This document shows positions 27,586 through 35,967 of a DNA stretch of 35,967 bases, piece after piece. The notes under the pieces are model-generated. The model saw only the letters and a list, made by a program, of their open reading frames with translations, made no database searches and was not told the origin of the DNA. The stretch is taken from positions 1-35,967 of the forward strand of contig DASZXM010000445.1 in assembly GCA_035546415.1 (NCBI GenBank). The letters run 5' to 3'. Every line of letters starts with the position of its first letter. Within the stretch, counting starts at the first letter, position 1. This DNA comes from Pseudonocardiaceae bacterium (lineage in GTDB: Bacteria; Actinomycetota; Actinomycetes; Mycobacteriales; Pseudonocardiaceae). Both the position numbers and the translations under genes were made by a program.

Positions 27586-27721
27586 CAATCCTCCGAACCT
27601 CAGGGATACGAAAAGCCGAAGTCGAATCGGCTGGGCGCCAACATAACGGCGGGGCAACAGCAAGCGAAACTCGTTCACATTAAGGGCGGCCTAAGGAATG
27701 GTTATCGCTGGCCAGGGCCCT

Positions 27722-28240
27722 TCACTGCTCGTACGTCTGGACCGACGGCGGGTGGCCGTTCCAGGTGGCGAACACCGACGACGTCGCGTTTCCGGACGTG
27801 AAATCCACCCGCAGCCAACCCGTTTCCTGCCACACCTGAACGGAATAGCCGGCCGCCGGCGTCGCCGACACCAGCGTCGCCCGGGTCTGCGTCATCGACA
27901 GCACCACTTCCCCACCTTTGACGGTGTACCGGTGCACATCGGCGTCGGTCGTCGTGGTCGTCGTCGTGGTCCGGTGCGTCGTGGTGGGTGTCGCCGTCGT
28001 CGTGGACGGCGTAGTCGTCGTGGACCGAACGGACGTGGACGGCGTGGGCGAAACGGCCGTCAGCCGCTCCGTCGGCGGCGGCGAACCCGTCGGCAACGAG
28101 GTGGCCGGCACCTGTAGCTGCACCGGTTTCATCACCGCGTCGTGCACCACCGTGCGCACGCCCAGCCAGGACACGCCCACCGCTGCGGCGGTGGCGCACA
28201 TCCACGCGACGGCGATCATCGGGGCCCGCACGGCGCCCAT
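27722..28240 (-). CDS. Membrane-anchored protein with a poly-Thr linker, function unknown
   Basis: N-terminal TM segment (MIAVAWMCATAAAVGVSWLGV), a Thr/Pro-rich run (STTTTPSTTTATPTTTHRTTTTTTTT), and a C-terminal beta-rich ~70-aa domain. The start is uncertain (28240 or 28219). Confidence 0.55.
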   Translation of the reverse strand: MGAVRAPMIAVAWMCATAAAVGVSWLGVRTVVHDAVMKPVQLQVPATSLPTGSPPPTERLTAVSPTPSTSVRSTTTTPSTTTATPTTTHRTTTTTTTTDADVHRYTVKGGEVVLSMTQTRATLVSATPAAGYSVQVWQETGWLRVDFTSGNATSSVFATWNGHPPSVQTYEQ

Positions 28241-28272
28241 CTTGCCCGATCGATGTCGTACCGTGCACCACT

Positions 28273-28959
28273 GTGGCGAACGTGCTCGTGGTCGAAGATG
28301 AGCCTGCTGTCCGTACCGCGGTGATCCGGTACCTGACCGACGCATCGCATGCCGTGCGCAGCGTCGGCACCGCCCTGGAGGCACTCCGGGAGGTCGCCCA
28401 GAGGTGCCCTGACGTGGTCGTACTCGACCTCGGGCTGCCCGACCTGTCCGGCGCCGAGGCGCTGAAGATGATGCGCAGCGTGTGCGACGTCCCGGTGATC
28501 GTGGCGACCGCGCAGGACGAGGAGTCGACCATCGTGTCGCTGCTCAACAGCGGCGCGGACGACTACCTGATCAAACCGTTCTCCGGCGAGCACCTCAACG
28601 CACGTCTTACGGCTCTCTTACGGCGCACCCAGCGCGGCACCGAGCAGCACGTGCTGTCGGTCGGCGGGCTGCGGATGGACCTGCGCCGCAGGGAGGCCAC
28701 GCTGGACGGCCGGCCGCTGGACCTGGTGCGCCGCGAGTTCGACCTGCTCGCGTTCCTGGCCGCCAGGCCCGGGGAGGTCGTCAGCAGACGGGAACTGCTC
28801 GCCCAGGTGTGGCAGCAGCCCTACGGTGAGGACCAGACCATTGACGTGCACCTGTCCTGGTTGCGCCGCAAGCTCGGCGAGCGCGCCGCCGCACCGCGCT
28901 ACCTGCACACCGTCCGCGGTGTCGGGGTGAAACTGGTCGAACCACCGCGGTCGTCATGA
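28273..28959 (+). CDS. OmpR/PhoB-family response regulator
   Basis: Receiver domain (VLVVEDE, VVVLDLGLPDLSG, KPF) and a winged-helix output domain (REFDLLAFLA...VHLSWLRRKL...TVRGVGVKL). Confidence 0.9.
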   Translation: MANVLVVEDEPAVRTAVIRYLTDASHAVRSVGTALEALREVAQRCPDVVVLDLGLPDLSGAEALKMMRSVCDVPVIVATAQDEESTIVSLLNSGADDYLIKPFSGEHLNARLTALLRRTQRGTEQHVLSVGGLRMDLRRREATLDGRPLDLVRREFDLLAFLAARPGEVVSRRELLAQVWQQPYGEDQTIDVHLSWLRRKLGERAAAPRYLHTVRGVGVKLVEPPRSS

Positions 28960-28974
28960 GGCGGTCGTCATGAG
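28947..28974. repeat. Perfect 14-bp tandem duplication GCGGTCGTCATGAG x2 at the RR-stop/HK-start junction
   Basis: Read directly: 28947-28960 equals 28961-28974. Confidence 0.9.
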
Positions 28975-30361
28975 GTGGGCGCTGGTCCGCGTCGCCGTCG
29001 CGGTGACCGCGATGATCTCCCTGGCGTTCCTCATCCCGCTCGCCGTGACCGTGCGGGAGATCGCCCGCGACAAGGCGTTCTCCGACGCCGAACAGCAGGC
29101 CGCAGCCATGGCGCCGGTGCTGGCCGTGACCACCGACGCCGACGCCCTGCGACGCGCCCTGGCCAGCACCCAGGACGGCGCGGCCGGCGACATCGCCGTC
29201 CACCTGCCCTCCGGTGCCGTGATCGGGGCCAGCCACGCGTCCACCTCCGCGCTCGGCGAGGCCACCCGGGAGGCCAAGGCGGACACCGTGGACGCTCCCG
29301 GCGGCTACACCGTGCTGCAACCGGTGGTGCTCAGCCAGGGCGTCGCGCTCATCGAGGTGTACGTGCCCGACTCCGAACTCGACCAGGGCGTCGGGACGGC
29401 GTGGCTGGTGCTGTCCGGTGTCGCGCTGGTGCTGGTGCTCGGATCGACGCTGGTCGCCGACCGACTGGCCGCCAGGTTGGTGCGCGCCGCCAAACACCTG
29501 GCCGAGGTGGCGCGGTCGCTCGGGTCCGGTGACACGAGCGTCCGGGTCACCGCGCAGGGCCCGTGGGAGCTGCGCGAAGCCGGACTGGCGTTCAACATCA
29601 TGGCCGGCCGGATGGACCACATGCTCGCCGCGGAACGCGAACTCGCCGCCGACCTGTCACACCGCCTGCGTACCCCGCTGACGGCCCTGCGGCTCAACGC
29701 CGCCGCGCTGGGCAACGGCCACGAGGCCGAACAGACCCGGCAGGCCGTGCAGCGGCTGGAGCAGGAGGTCGACCAGGTCATCCGGGCCGCCCGCGGCCAG
29801 GGCCGGGCACCCGGGCCGGTGCGCTGCGACGCGACCCAGGTGCTCCAGGAACGGCTGGGATTCTGGTCGGCGCTGGCCGAGGACCAGGGCCGGGCGTGGC
29901 GGTTCGTCGGCGGCATGGCCGCAGCACCCGTGCCGGTCGCCGCGACCGACCTGGCCAACGTGATGGACGTGCTGCTGGGCAACGTGTTCCGGCACACCGA
30001 CGAGCGGATCGCGTTCTCCGTCTCGCTGACCGTCGAACAGCGCACGGTGTTCGTCCTCGTCGAGGACGCCGGGCCGGGCATCGCCGACCCGGAGGCCGCG
30101 CTGCGCCGCGGACACGGCGCGGGCGGCAGCGGGTCGACCGGGCTCGGCCTGGACATCGTCCGCCGCATCGCCGAGGGCGCCGGCGGCGGCGTCCACATCG
30201 GACGGTCCGCACTGGGCGGTGCCGCCGTGCACGTCTGGTTCCCGACCGACCGGATCGACGACCAGGGCTCCGGCCAGGCGGGTAGCATGGTCAGACGCCG
30301 GTCCGGCAGGCACCGGCAGTCGGTGGAGGCCATCACGGAGCGCATCCGCGCCGTCCGGTGA
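28970..30361 (+). CDS. Sensor histidine kinase (TM-HAMP-HisKA-HATPase)
   Basis: H-box ELAADLSHRLRTPLTAL, N-box LLGNVFRHT, G-boxes EDAGPGI and GSTGLGLDIV, plus two TM segments. Confidence 0.9.
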   Translation: MRWALVRVAVAVTAMISLAFLIPLAVTVREIARDKAFSDAEQQAAAMAPVLAVTTDADALRRALASTQDGAAGDIAVHLPSGAVIGASHASTSALGEATREAKADTVDAPGGYTVLQPVVLSQGVALIEVYVPDSELDQGVGTAWLVLSGVALVLVLGSTLVADRLAARLVRAAKHLAEVARSLGSGDTSVRVTAQGPWELREAGLAFNIMAGRMDHMLAAERELAADLSHRLRTPLTALRLNAAALGNGHEAEQTRQAVQRLEQEVDQVIRAARGQGRAPGPVRCDATQVLQERLGFWSALAEDQGRAWRFVGGMAAAPVPVAATDLANVMDVLLGNVFRHTDERIAFSVSLTVEQRTVFVLVEDAGPGIADPEAALRRGHGAGGSGSTGLGLDIVRRIAEGAGGGVHIGRSALGGAAVHVWFPTDRIDDQGSGQAGSMVRRRSGRHRQSVEAITERIRAVR

Positions 30362-30507
30362 GCGGGCCCACCGCCGTCCGGCGGCCGTCACCGTGATCAG
30401 CGCAACTCGTCGGCACGTCCCACCGCCGGGTTGTCAGGTGCTACGGATAATGTCAAGTACCGTGGTCGCCGGTGTCCCGCGCACCGAGCGCCTCCTGTAC
30501 ACGCGCC

Positions 30508-33500
30508 ATGACCTGGGAGAACGACCCTGTGACTGCTGAGACCCTGTACGGGGCCGACGACCTGACCCACCTGGAAGGTCTGGAAGCGGTCCGCAAGCGA
30601 CCCGGCATGTACATCGGGTCCACCGACAGCCGCGGGATCAACCACCTGCTCACCGAGATCGTCGACAACTCGACGGACGAGGGAATCGCAGGTCACGCGA
30701 CCCGGGTCGTCGTCACGATGCACGCCGACGGCTCCATCCAGGTCGACGACGACGGCCGCGGCATTCCGACCGGTGTGCACGCCAAGTCCGGTCTGTCCGG
30801 TGTCGAGCTGGTGCTGACCAAGCTGCACGCGGGCGGCAAGTTCGGCGGCTCCGGCTACAAGACCTCCGGTGGCCTGCACGGCGTCGGCGCGTCCGCCGTC
30901 AACGCCCTTGCCCTGCGCTTCGACATCACCGTGAAGCAGAACGGCAAGGTCCACCAGATGTCCTTCGCGCACGGCGTGCCCGGAGAGTTCGACGGTCCGG
31001 GCCCCAAGGCGAAGTTCACCCAGCGCTCCGGCCTGCGCGTCGTCGGCAAGATGAAGCGCGGCGAATCCAGCGGCACGTCGATCCGCTACTGGTACGACGC
31101 GCGCTACTTCGACCCGGGCGCCAAGCTCGACACCGACGCGGTGCTGGCCAAACTGCGGCACACGGCCTTCCTGGTCCCCGGCGTCACCTACGTGCTGCGC
31201 GACGCCACGGCCGGCAACATCGAGGAACAGACGTTCCACTACCCCAACGGCATCTCCGACATGGTGGACTTCCTCACCCCCGCTGGCGACCGCCCGGTGT
31301 CGGGAACGCTGCTGGTCAACGGAACCGGCACCTACCTGGAGAACGCGGCCGACGAGAACGGCGTCATGCGGTCCAAAGTGGAGCGCCACGCCGAGGTCGA
31401 GGTCGCGCTGCGCTGGAGCACCGGCTACGACCGCACCATCGAATGCTTCACCAACACCATCCGCAACGTGCACGGCGGCACCCACCGCAAGGGATTCGAA
31501 CGCGCCGCGCTGCGCGCGATCCAGGACGCGGTGTCCCGCAGCAGGGGCCTGCTCAAGCCGAAGGAGGACCCACCGGTCCTGGACGACGTCCTGGAAGGCA
31601 TGACGGCCGTCATCCACGTGCGCATCCCCGAACCGCAGTTCACGTCGCAGACCAAGGACGAGCTGTCCACGGCCGGCATCACCAAGGTCATCCAGGCTGT
31701 CGTCGAACGCCACATCAAGGCGTGGACCGAGGACCGCAAGACCAAGACCGAGGCCAAGACCGTGCTGCAGAAGGTGGTCGACGCGTCCCGCGTACGGCTC
31801 ACCCAGAAGCAGCAGAAGGACGCGGCCAGGCGGAAAACGGCGCTGGAAGGCGCCGCGATGCCGGCCAAACTCGTCGACTGCCGCACCACCGGCGTCTCCC
31901 GCAGTGAACTGTTCCTCGTGGAAGGCGACTCCGCATTGGGCTGCTTCACCGGTGACACGATGGTCGCGTTGGCATCCGGCACGGCCATGTCGTTCAAGGA
32001 TCTCGCCGACGACTGGCAGCGGGGCGTCACTCACTTCGGGTACACGACGAACAAGGCCGGCCGCGTGGTGTTGGCACCGCTGGTCGCGCCGCGGCTCACG
32101 AAAACCGGCGCCCCGCTGGTCCGGGTGACGCTGGACAACGGCCAATCCGTCCGCTGCACGCCGGACCACCTGTTCCGGCTGCGCGACGGCTCGTACCGCC
32201 GTGCCGATGCCCTCGAAGCAGGCGACTCGTTGATGCCGCTCTACCGGTCGGTATCCGCGAAGTCCCCGGGTGACAACTTGGATGGCTACGAGCGCGTCTG
32301 GATGAACGACCGGGACGAGTGGGTCTACACCCACTACCTGGCCGACGCCCACAACCTGCGACACGGCACGGACAGTGCCGCGAACGGCAACGTCCGACAC
32401 CACGTCGACGTGAACAAGCGCAACAACGACCCCCGCAACATCCGCCGGATGACGTGGGAGGACCACGCCGCCCTGCACGCGTCGATGATGGGCGACCAGG
32501 TACGCCAGGGTTACCGGGCCTGGATGGCCAACGGTGGCCTGGAGTTCAAGTCGGCCATGCTGTCCGGCCAGTGGCGCGACCCGGCGTTCCGTGAGGCCTG
32601 CCTGGCACGCCTGGCAGCACTCAACAGCGATCCGGCGTTCCGGGAGCGGATCGAACTGGGTTTCCAGGACTGGTACAACGGGTTCAGCGACAGCGAACGG
32701 CAGGCGTACGCCGAGCGGATGCGCGAGCGCCAGGCCACCTACTGGGCCCACCCGGAACATCGAGCCGCGGCGGCGGAACGCGTCAGGGCGTTTTTCACCG
32801 ACCCGAAGCGCCGAGCCGAGTGGCGTGCGCGGTCCTGCGAGCAGTGGCAGGACGCCGAGCTTCGAGCCTGGCGCTCCCAGCGCACCACCGAGCAGTTCGC
32901 CGACCCCGCCGAGCGCGAACGGCAACGCCGGGCAGTACTGGCCTGGCACGCGGAACATCCCGAGTTCGGGGAGCAGCACTCGGCACGGATGAAGCAGCGG
33001 ATGGCCGACCCGGCCACCGAACATCTCGCGCGCGTCCAAGCAGGTCGTGCGCACTACGTGGCGTCGGTCCCGCGCGCCGAGCGGGTCGCACAGCAGGCCG
33101 ACGGCCGCCGGATCGCTGCGCTGCGCCGCCTCGCCCCGTTCGCTTCGTTGCCGGACGCGGAGATGGCCAGCGCGTACGAGGCCGAGCGGCTCCGGGCGGC
33201 GCGCACCGGCCTGCGATTCGATCGGCTGCTGGCCTGCTACGACGGTGACCACGCACGGCTGCGCGAAGCGACCGCCCTCGTCAACCACCGCGTGGTCGCG
33301 GTCACGCCGCTGGCCGAGACGGCGGACGTCTACGACCTGACCGTCGACGGCTACCACAACTTCGCGCTGGAAGCCGGCGTCTTCGTCCACAACAGTGCGC
33401 GCATGGCGCGTGTCTCGGAATACCAGGCGTTGCTTCCGTTGCGCGGCAAGATTCTCAACGTGCAGAAGGCGTCCCTGGCCGACACGCTGCGCAACGTGGA

Positions 33501-34032
33501 GATCGCGTCCATCGTGCAGGTGCTGGGCGCCGGCACCGGGCGGACGTTCGAACTGTCCCAGATGCGCTACGGCCGGGTCATCCTGATGGCCGACGCGGAC
33601 GTCGACGGCTCGCACATCCGGACGCTGCTGATCACACTGTTCGCCAAGTACATGCGACCCGTCATCGAGGACGGTCGGCTGTACGCGGCCATGCCCCCGC
33701 TACACAAGATCGTCACCAAGGGCCGCAACTCGGAGACGATCTTCACCTTCACGCAGCGCGAGATGGAAACCACGGTCGCGCGCCTGGAGAAGGCCGGCAA
33801 ACAGGTCGTCACGCCCGTCCCCCGGTTCAAGGGCCTCGGCGAGATGGACGCGGACGAACTGTGGGAGACCACGATGAACCCGGCGACCAGGTCGGTGCGC
33901 CGCATCACCATGGACGACGTCGACGCCGCCGAGACGGCACTCGAACTGCTGATGGGTGAAAAGGTCGAACCGAGGCGGAACTGGCTCATCGAGTCGTCCG
34001 GCCGGGTCGACCAGGAAGCCATCGACATCTGA
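30508..34032 (+). CDS. Type IIA DNA topoisomerase subunit B (GyrB/ParE family, ParE-like motifs), interrupted by an intein
   Basis: GHKL ATPase (LEGLEAVRKRPGMYIGSTDSRG, EIVDNSTDE, DDGRGIP, KLHAGGKFGGSGYKTSGGLHGVGAS). Toprim ELFLVEGDSALG is followed by the intein, then SARMARVSEYQALLPLRGKILNV, MADADVDGSHI and PLHKI. An alternative GTG start lies at 30472. Confidence 0.9.
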   Translation: MTWENDPVTAETLYGADDLTHLEGLEAVRKRPGMYIGSTDSRGINHLLTEIVDNSTDEGIAGHATRVVVTMHADGSIQVDDDGRGIPTGVHAKSGLSGVELVLTKLHAGGKFGGSGYKTSGGLHGVGASAVNALALRFDITVKQNGKVHQMSFAHGVPGEFDGPGPKAKFTQRSGLRVVGKMKRGESSGTSIRYWYDARYFDPGAKLDTDAVLAKLRHTAFLVPGVTYVLRDATAGNIEEQTFHYPNGISDMVDFLTPAGDRPVSGTLLVNGTGTYLENAADENGVMRSKVERHAEVEVALRWSTGYDRTIECFTNTIRNVHGGTHRKGFERAALRAIQDAVSRSRGLLKPKEDPPVLDDVLEGMTAVIHVRIPEPQFTSQTKDELSTAGITKVIQAVVERHIKAWTEDRKTKTEAKTVLQKVVDASRVRLTQKQQKDAARRKTALEGAAMPAKLVDCRTTGVSRSELFLVEGDSALGCFTGDTMVALASGTAMSFKDLADDWQRGVTHFGYTTNKAGRVVLAPLVAPRLTKTGAPLVRVTLDNGQSVRCTPDHLFRLRDGSYRRADALEAGDSLMPLYRSVSAKSPGDNLDGYERVWMNDRDEWVYTHYLADAHNLRHGTDSAANGNVRHHVDVNKRNNDPRNIRRMTWEDHAALHASMMGDQVRQGYRAWMANGGLEFKSAMLSGQWRDPAFREACLARLAALNSDPAFRERIELGFQDWYNGFSDSERQAYAERMRERQATYWAHPEHRAAAAERVRAFFTDPKRRAEWRARSCEQWQDAELRAWRSQRTTEQFADPAERERQRRAVLAWHAEHPEFGEQHSARMKQRMADPATEHLARVQAGRAHYVASVPRAERVAQQADGRRIAALRRLAPFASLPDAEMASAYEAERLRAARTGLRFDRLLACYDGDHARLREATALVNHRVVAVTPLAETADVYDLTVDGYHNFALEAGVFVHNSARMARVSEYQALLPLRGKILNVQKASLADTLRNVEIASIVQVLGAGTGRTFELSQMRYGRVILMADADVDGSHIRTLLITLFAKYMRPVIEDGRLYAAMPPLHKIVTKGRNSETIFTFTQREMETTVARLEKAGKQVVTPVPRFKGLGEMDADELWETTMNPATRSVRRITMDDVDAAETALELLMGEKVEPRRNWLIESSGRVDQEAIDI
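31942..33393 (+). mobile_element. Intein (484 aa) with an HNH homing-endonuclease domain and a DP-x-x-R repeat module
   Basis: Block A CFTGDTMVAL, block B VRCTPDHLF (TxxH), blocks F/G VYDLTVDGYHNFALEAGVFVHN followed by +1 Ser. HNH motif VRHHVDVNKRNNDPRNIRRMTWEDHAALH at about 32392-32478. Confidence 0.85.
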
Positions 34033-34051
34033 GCTGGGAGAGTAAGTAGAC

Positions 34052-35967
34052 ATGGCACGCCGCAAGGGCCCGACGACCAAGGTCGACCCGTCCGCGTTCG
34101 ACAGCGCGGGCGCCACGGTGTTGGAGAACCCGGTCCGCACGGAGATCGAGGACTCGTACCTGGAGTACGCGTACTCGGTCATCCATTCCCGCGCCCTGCC
34201 CGATGCCCGGGACGGCCTCAAGCCGGTGCACCGTCGGATTCTCTTTTCCATGCACGAGAACGGTTATCGCCCGAACAGCGCCTACGTGAAATCGTCGCGC
34301 GTGGTCGGTGACTGTTTCGTACGTGGCGCGTTGGTGTCGACTCAGGACGGGCTGCGGCCGATCGAGGATGTCGAGGTCGGCGACCTCGTGCTGGACGGTC
34401 ACGGCAACACCGTCCCGGTGACCGCCGTCTACGAGAATCCGGTCTCGGAACTGGTCCGGGTGACCTGGTCCAACGGGCACACCATGACGGTGACGCCGGG
34501 TCAGCGCTTCCGGACGGTGAACGACGACCTGACGATCGGCTGGACCGCCGCACGCGAACTCGCCGGCCGGCGCACGATCGGCAACGGCGAGAGCCACCAG
34601 CCGCGGCTGGACGCGCACCGCGACGACGTCTACCCGTATGTGCTCGGCCTGATCGTCGCCGAGGGCTTCCCGGTGGATCGCGCTCGCGCCGTCGACGGCC
34701 GTGTCCGGATCCACATGTGCGATGTCGACCCACTGGATGTCGCCCATGGCTGGGCGATCGCCAACGGTCTCAACGTCTCGCGGGGCAAGCGGGTTGCGAC
34801 GAACCCGGCGCACCGCGATCAGCACATCCTGACCTTCGCGCGCCACGACGGCCTGCTCGAAGCAGCGATGCCACTGAGTGCGGCCAAGAGCGTTCCGGCA
34901 AGTGTGCTCGGCGACCGATCGGCATGGCTGCCCTTCCTGGCCGGCTTCTTCGACGGCGACGGGTACGTCCGCAAGAAGAACCGAGAGATCGTCCTCGTCA
35001 GCACGAGTTCGACGCTGATCCGCCAGATCTACTCGATGCTGGCGGACATGGGCATCCACGGTCATCACTGGGTGCGCGGTGCCTTCGACCGGACCGCTGA
35101 GCTCTTCGGCCTGTCGTTGGCCGGCCGGGACGCCGCGACGCTGGGCACAGCACTGCTGCGCTGGTCGAAGATCGACTACAAGCGCGACGGCCTGGCCAGG
35201 CTGACCGGGATCGATTATCAGTACGGCGGCAAGCAGGGCAACGACCGTCTGCCGTGTGCTCCGGTGATGGCGGAGTTCTCGGATGCCCACATCGGTGGCG
35301 GCTGGTTCCGGGACACCGACGGCAACGCGTTCCGCGCTTCCCTGTCCGCGGTGACGGGTGCCAAGGTCCGGTACGGCAAGGACCGCAACGGCATCGCGTT
35401 GGCCGACCGGGTGTTCCCGCTGTCGCGGGCGCACGTCGACGGCTGGGTGGACAAGCTCCGTCGGATCGGATCGCCGCTGGCCGACCGCCTCGACGCGCTG
35501 ACCGGTCTGTCGTTCCTGCGGGTGACGTCGGTCGAGCCGGTCGAGTCGGACACGACGTACGACATCCAGGTCGGCAGCGACGAGCACGCCTTCGTGGTCG
35601 AGGGCTTCGTCGTGCACAACTGCATGGGCAAGTACCACCCGCATGGCGACACCGCGATCTACGACGCCATGGTGCGTCTGGCGCAGGACTTTTCCATGAA
35701 TGCGCCGCTCGTCGACGGGCACGGGAATTTCGGGTCACCCGACGACGGGCCCGCGGCCAGCCGCTACACCGAGGCCCGGATGTCCGATGCGGCGATGCTG
35801 CTGGTGGGTGAACTGAACGAGGACACCGTCGACTTCCGGGCCAACTATGACGGTTCGCTGCAGGAGCCGTCCGTGTTGCCCGCCGCGTTTCCGAATCTGT
35901 TGGTGAACGGGACGTCCGGCATTGCCGTCGGTATGGCCACCAACATGATTCCGCACAACATGGGTGA
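34052..35967 (+). CDS. Type IIA DNA topoisomerase subunit A (GyrA/ParC family), interrupted by an intein; 3' truncated by window edge
   Basis: Not in the ORF track. My own translation from the ATG at 34052 (GGGAG upstream) reads [30 protein letters not shown]...SSRVVGD, then the intein, then [26 protein letters not shown]...VDGHGNFGS...[10 protein letters not shown]...[23 protein letters not shown]. No stop occurs before the window end. Confidence 0.9.
   Translation, partial: MARRKGPTTKVDPSAFDSAGATVLENPVRTEIEDSYLEYAYSVIHSRALPDARDGLKPVHRRILFSMHENGYRPNSAYVKSSRVVGDCFVRGALVSTQDGLRPIEDVEVGDLVLDGHGNTVPVTAVYENPVSELVRVTWSNGHTMTVTPGQRFRTVNDDLTIGWTAARELAGRRTIGNGESHQPRLDAHRDDVYPYVLGLIVAEGFPVDRARAVDGRVRIHMCDVDPLDVAHGWAIANGLNVSRGKRVATNPAHRDQHILTFARHDGLLEAAMPLSAAKSVPASVLGDRSAWLPFLAGFFDGDGYVRKKNREIVLVSTSSTLIRQIYSMLADMGIHGHHWVRGAFDRTAELFGLSLAGRDAATLGTALLRWSKIDYKRDGLARLTGIDYQYGGKQGNDRLPCAPVMAEFSDAHIGGGWFRDTDGNAFRASLSAVTGAKVRYGKDRNGIALADRVFPLSRAHVDGWVDKLRRIGSPLADRLDALTGLSFLRVTSVEPVESDTTYDIQVGSDEHAFVVEGFVVHNCMGKYHPHGDTAIYDAMVRLAQDFSMNAPLVDGHGNFGSPDDGPAASRYTEARMSDAAMLLVGELNEDTVDFRANYDGSLQEPSVLPAAFPNLLVNGTSGIAVGMATNMIPHNMG
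34313..35620 (+). mobile_element. Intein (436 aa) with a LAGLIDADG homing-endonuclease domain
   Basis: Block [23 protein letters not shown] motifs [11 protein letters not shown] (about 34637-34669) and [14 protein letters not shown] (about 34930-34971). Blocks [24 protein letters not shown] followed by +1 Cys. Confidence 0.85.

Noticed and set aside
27586-27721. DasR (dre) site or chitinase-type direct repeats in the chitinase promoter
   Set aside because: I found nothing resembling ACTGGTCTAGACCACT or TGGTCCAGACCT by eye.
30397-33615. 1072-aa minus-strand ORF, plus 33986-35722 (578 aa), antisense to the topoisomerase genes
   Set aside because: Shadow frames of strongly supported plus-strand genes, with low-complexity Arg/Gly/Val/Asp composition and no recognisable domains.

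Overview
Very GC-rich, actinobacterial-type chromosomal segment with strong G/C at codon position 3, so every real gene casts long Arg/Pro/Gly-rich shadow ORFs on the other frames. I support about 30 genes, all called by eye from motifs with no database search. In order: a GH2-like glycosidase 3' fragment, pirin, dienelactone hydrolase, and a LolA-like secreted protein translationally coupled to an ABC ATPase and ABC-2 permease. Then a membrane-anchored lipase-like hydrolase, a LuxR regulator, an orphan ATP-grasp ligase facing a small secreted peptide gene, an excisionase-like HTH, RDD, TetR, SDR, DHFR-family and AlkB genes. Next come a degenerate ~500-bp repeat array, a 40-aa Cys-less type-B ribosomal protein L36 absent from the ORF track, a fused alpha-beta (GlyQ-GlyS) glycyl-tRNA synthetase, and a DinB/DUF664 protein. 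A ~1-kb non-coding gap with three TGTCGACA-core palindromes follows. After it: a NitT/TauT-type binding protein plus a fused double permease with no ATPase, two SAM methyltransferases, a GGDEF(degenerate)-EAL protein, a CBM2-GH18 chitinase and an OmpR/HK two-component pair. The most unusual content is at the 3' end. Two adjacent genes encode the B and A subunits of a type IIA topoisomerase (ParE/ParC-like), and each is interrupted by a different full-length intein. The B-subunit intein carries an HNH endonuclease plus a DP-x-x-R repeat module. The A-subunit intein carries a LAGLIDADG endonuclease, sits away from the classical GyrA site, and appears to have Gln in place of the block-B His. The A-subunit gene runs off the window and is missing from the supplied ORF track. 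I found no CRISPR array, rRNA, tRNA, transposase or integrase.
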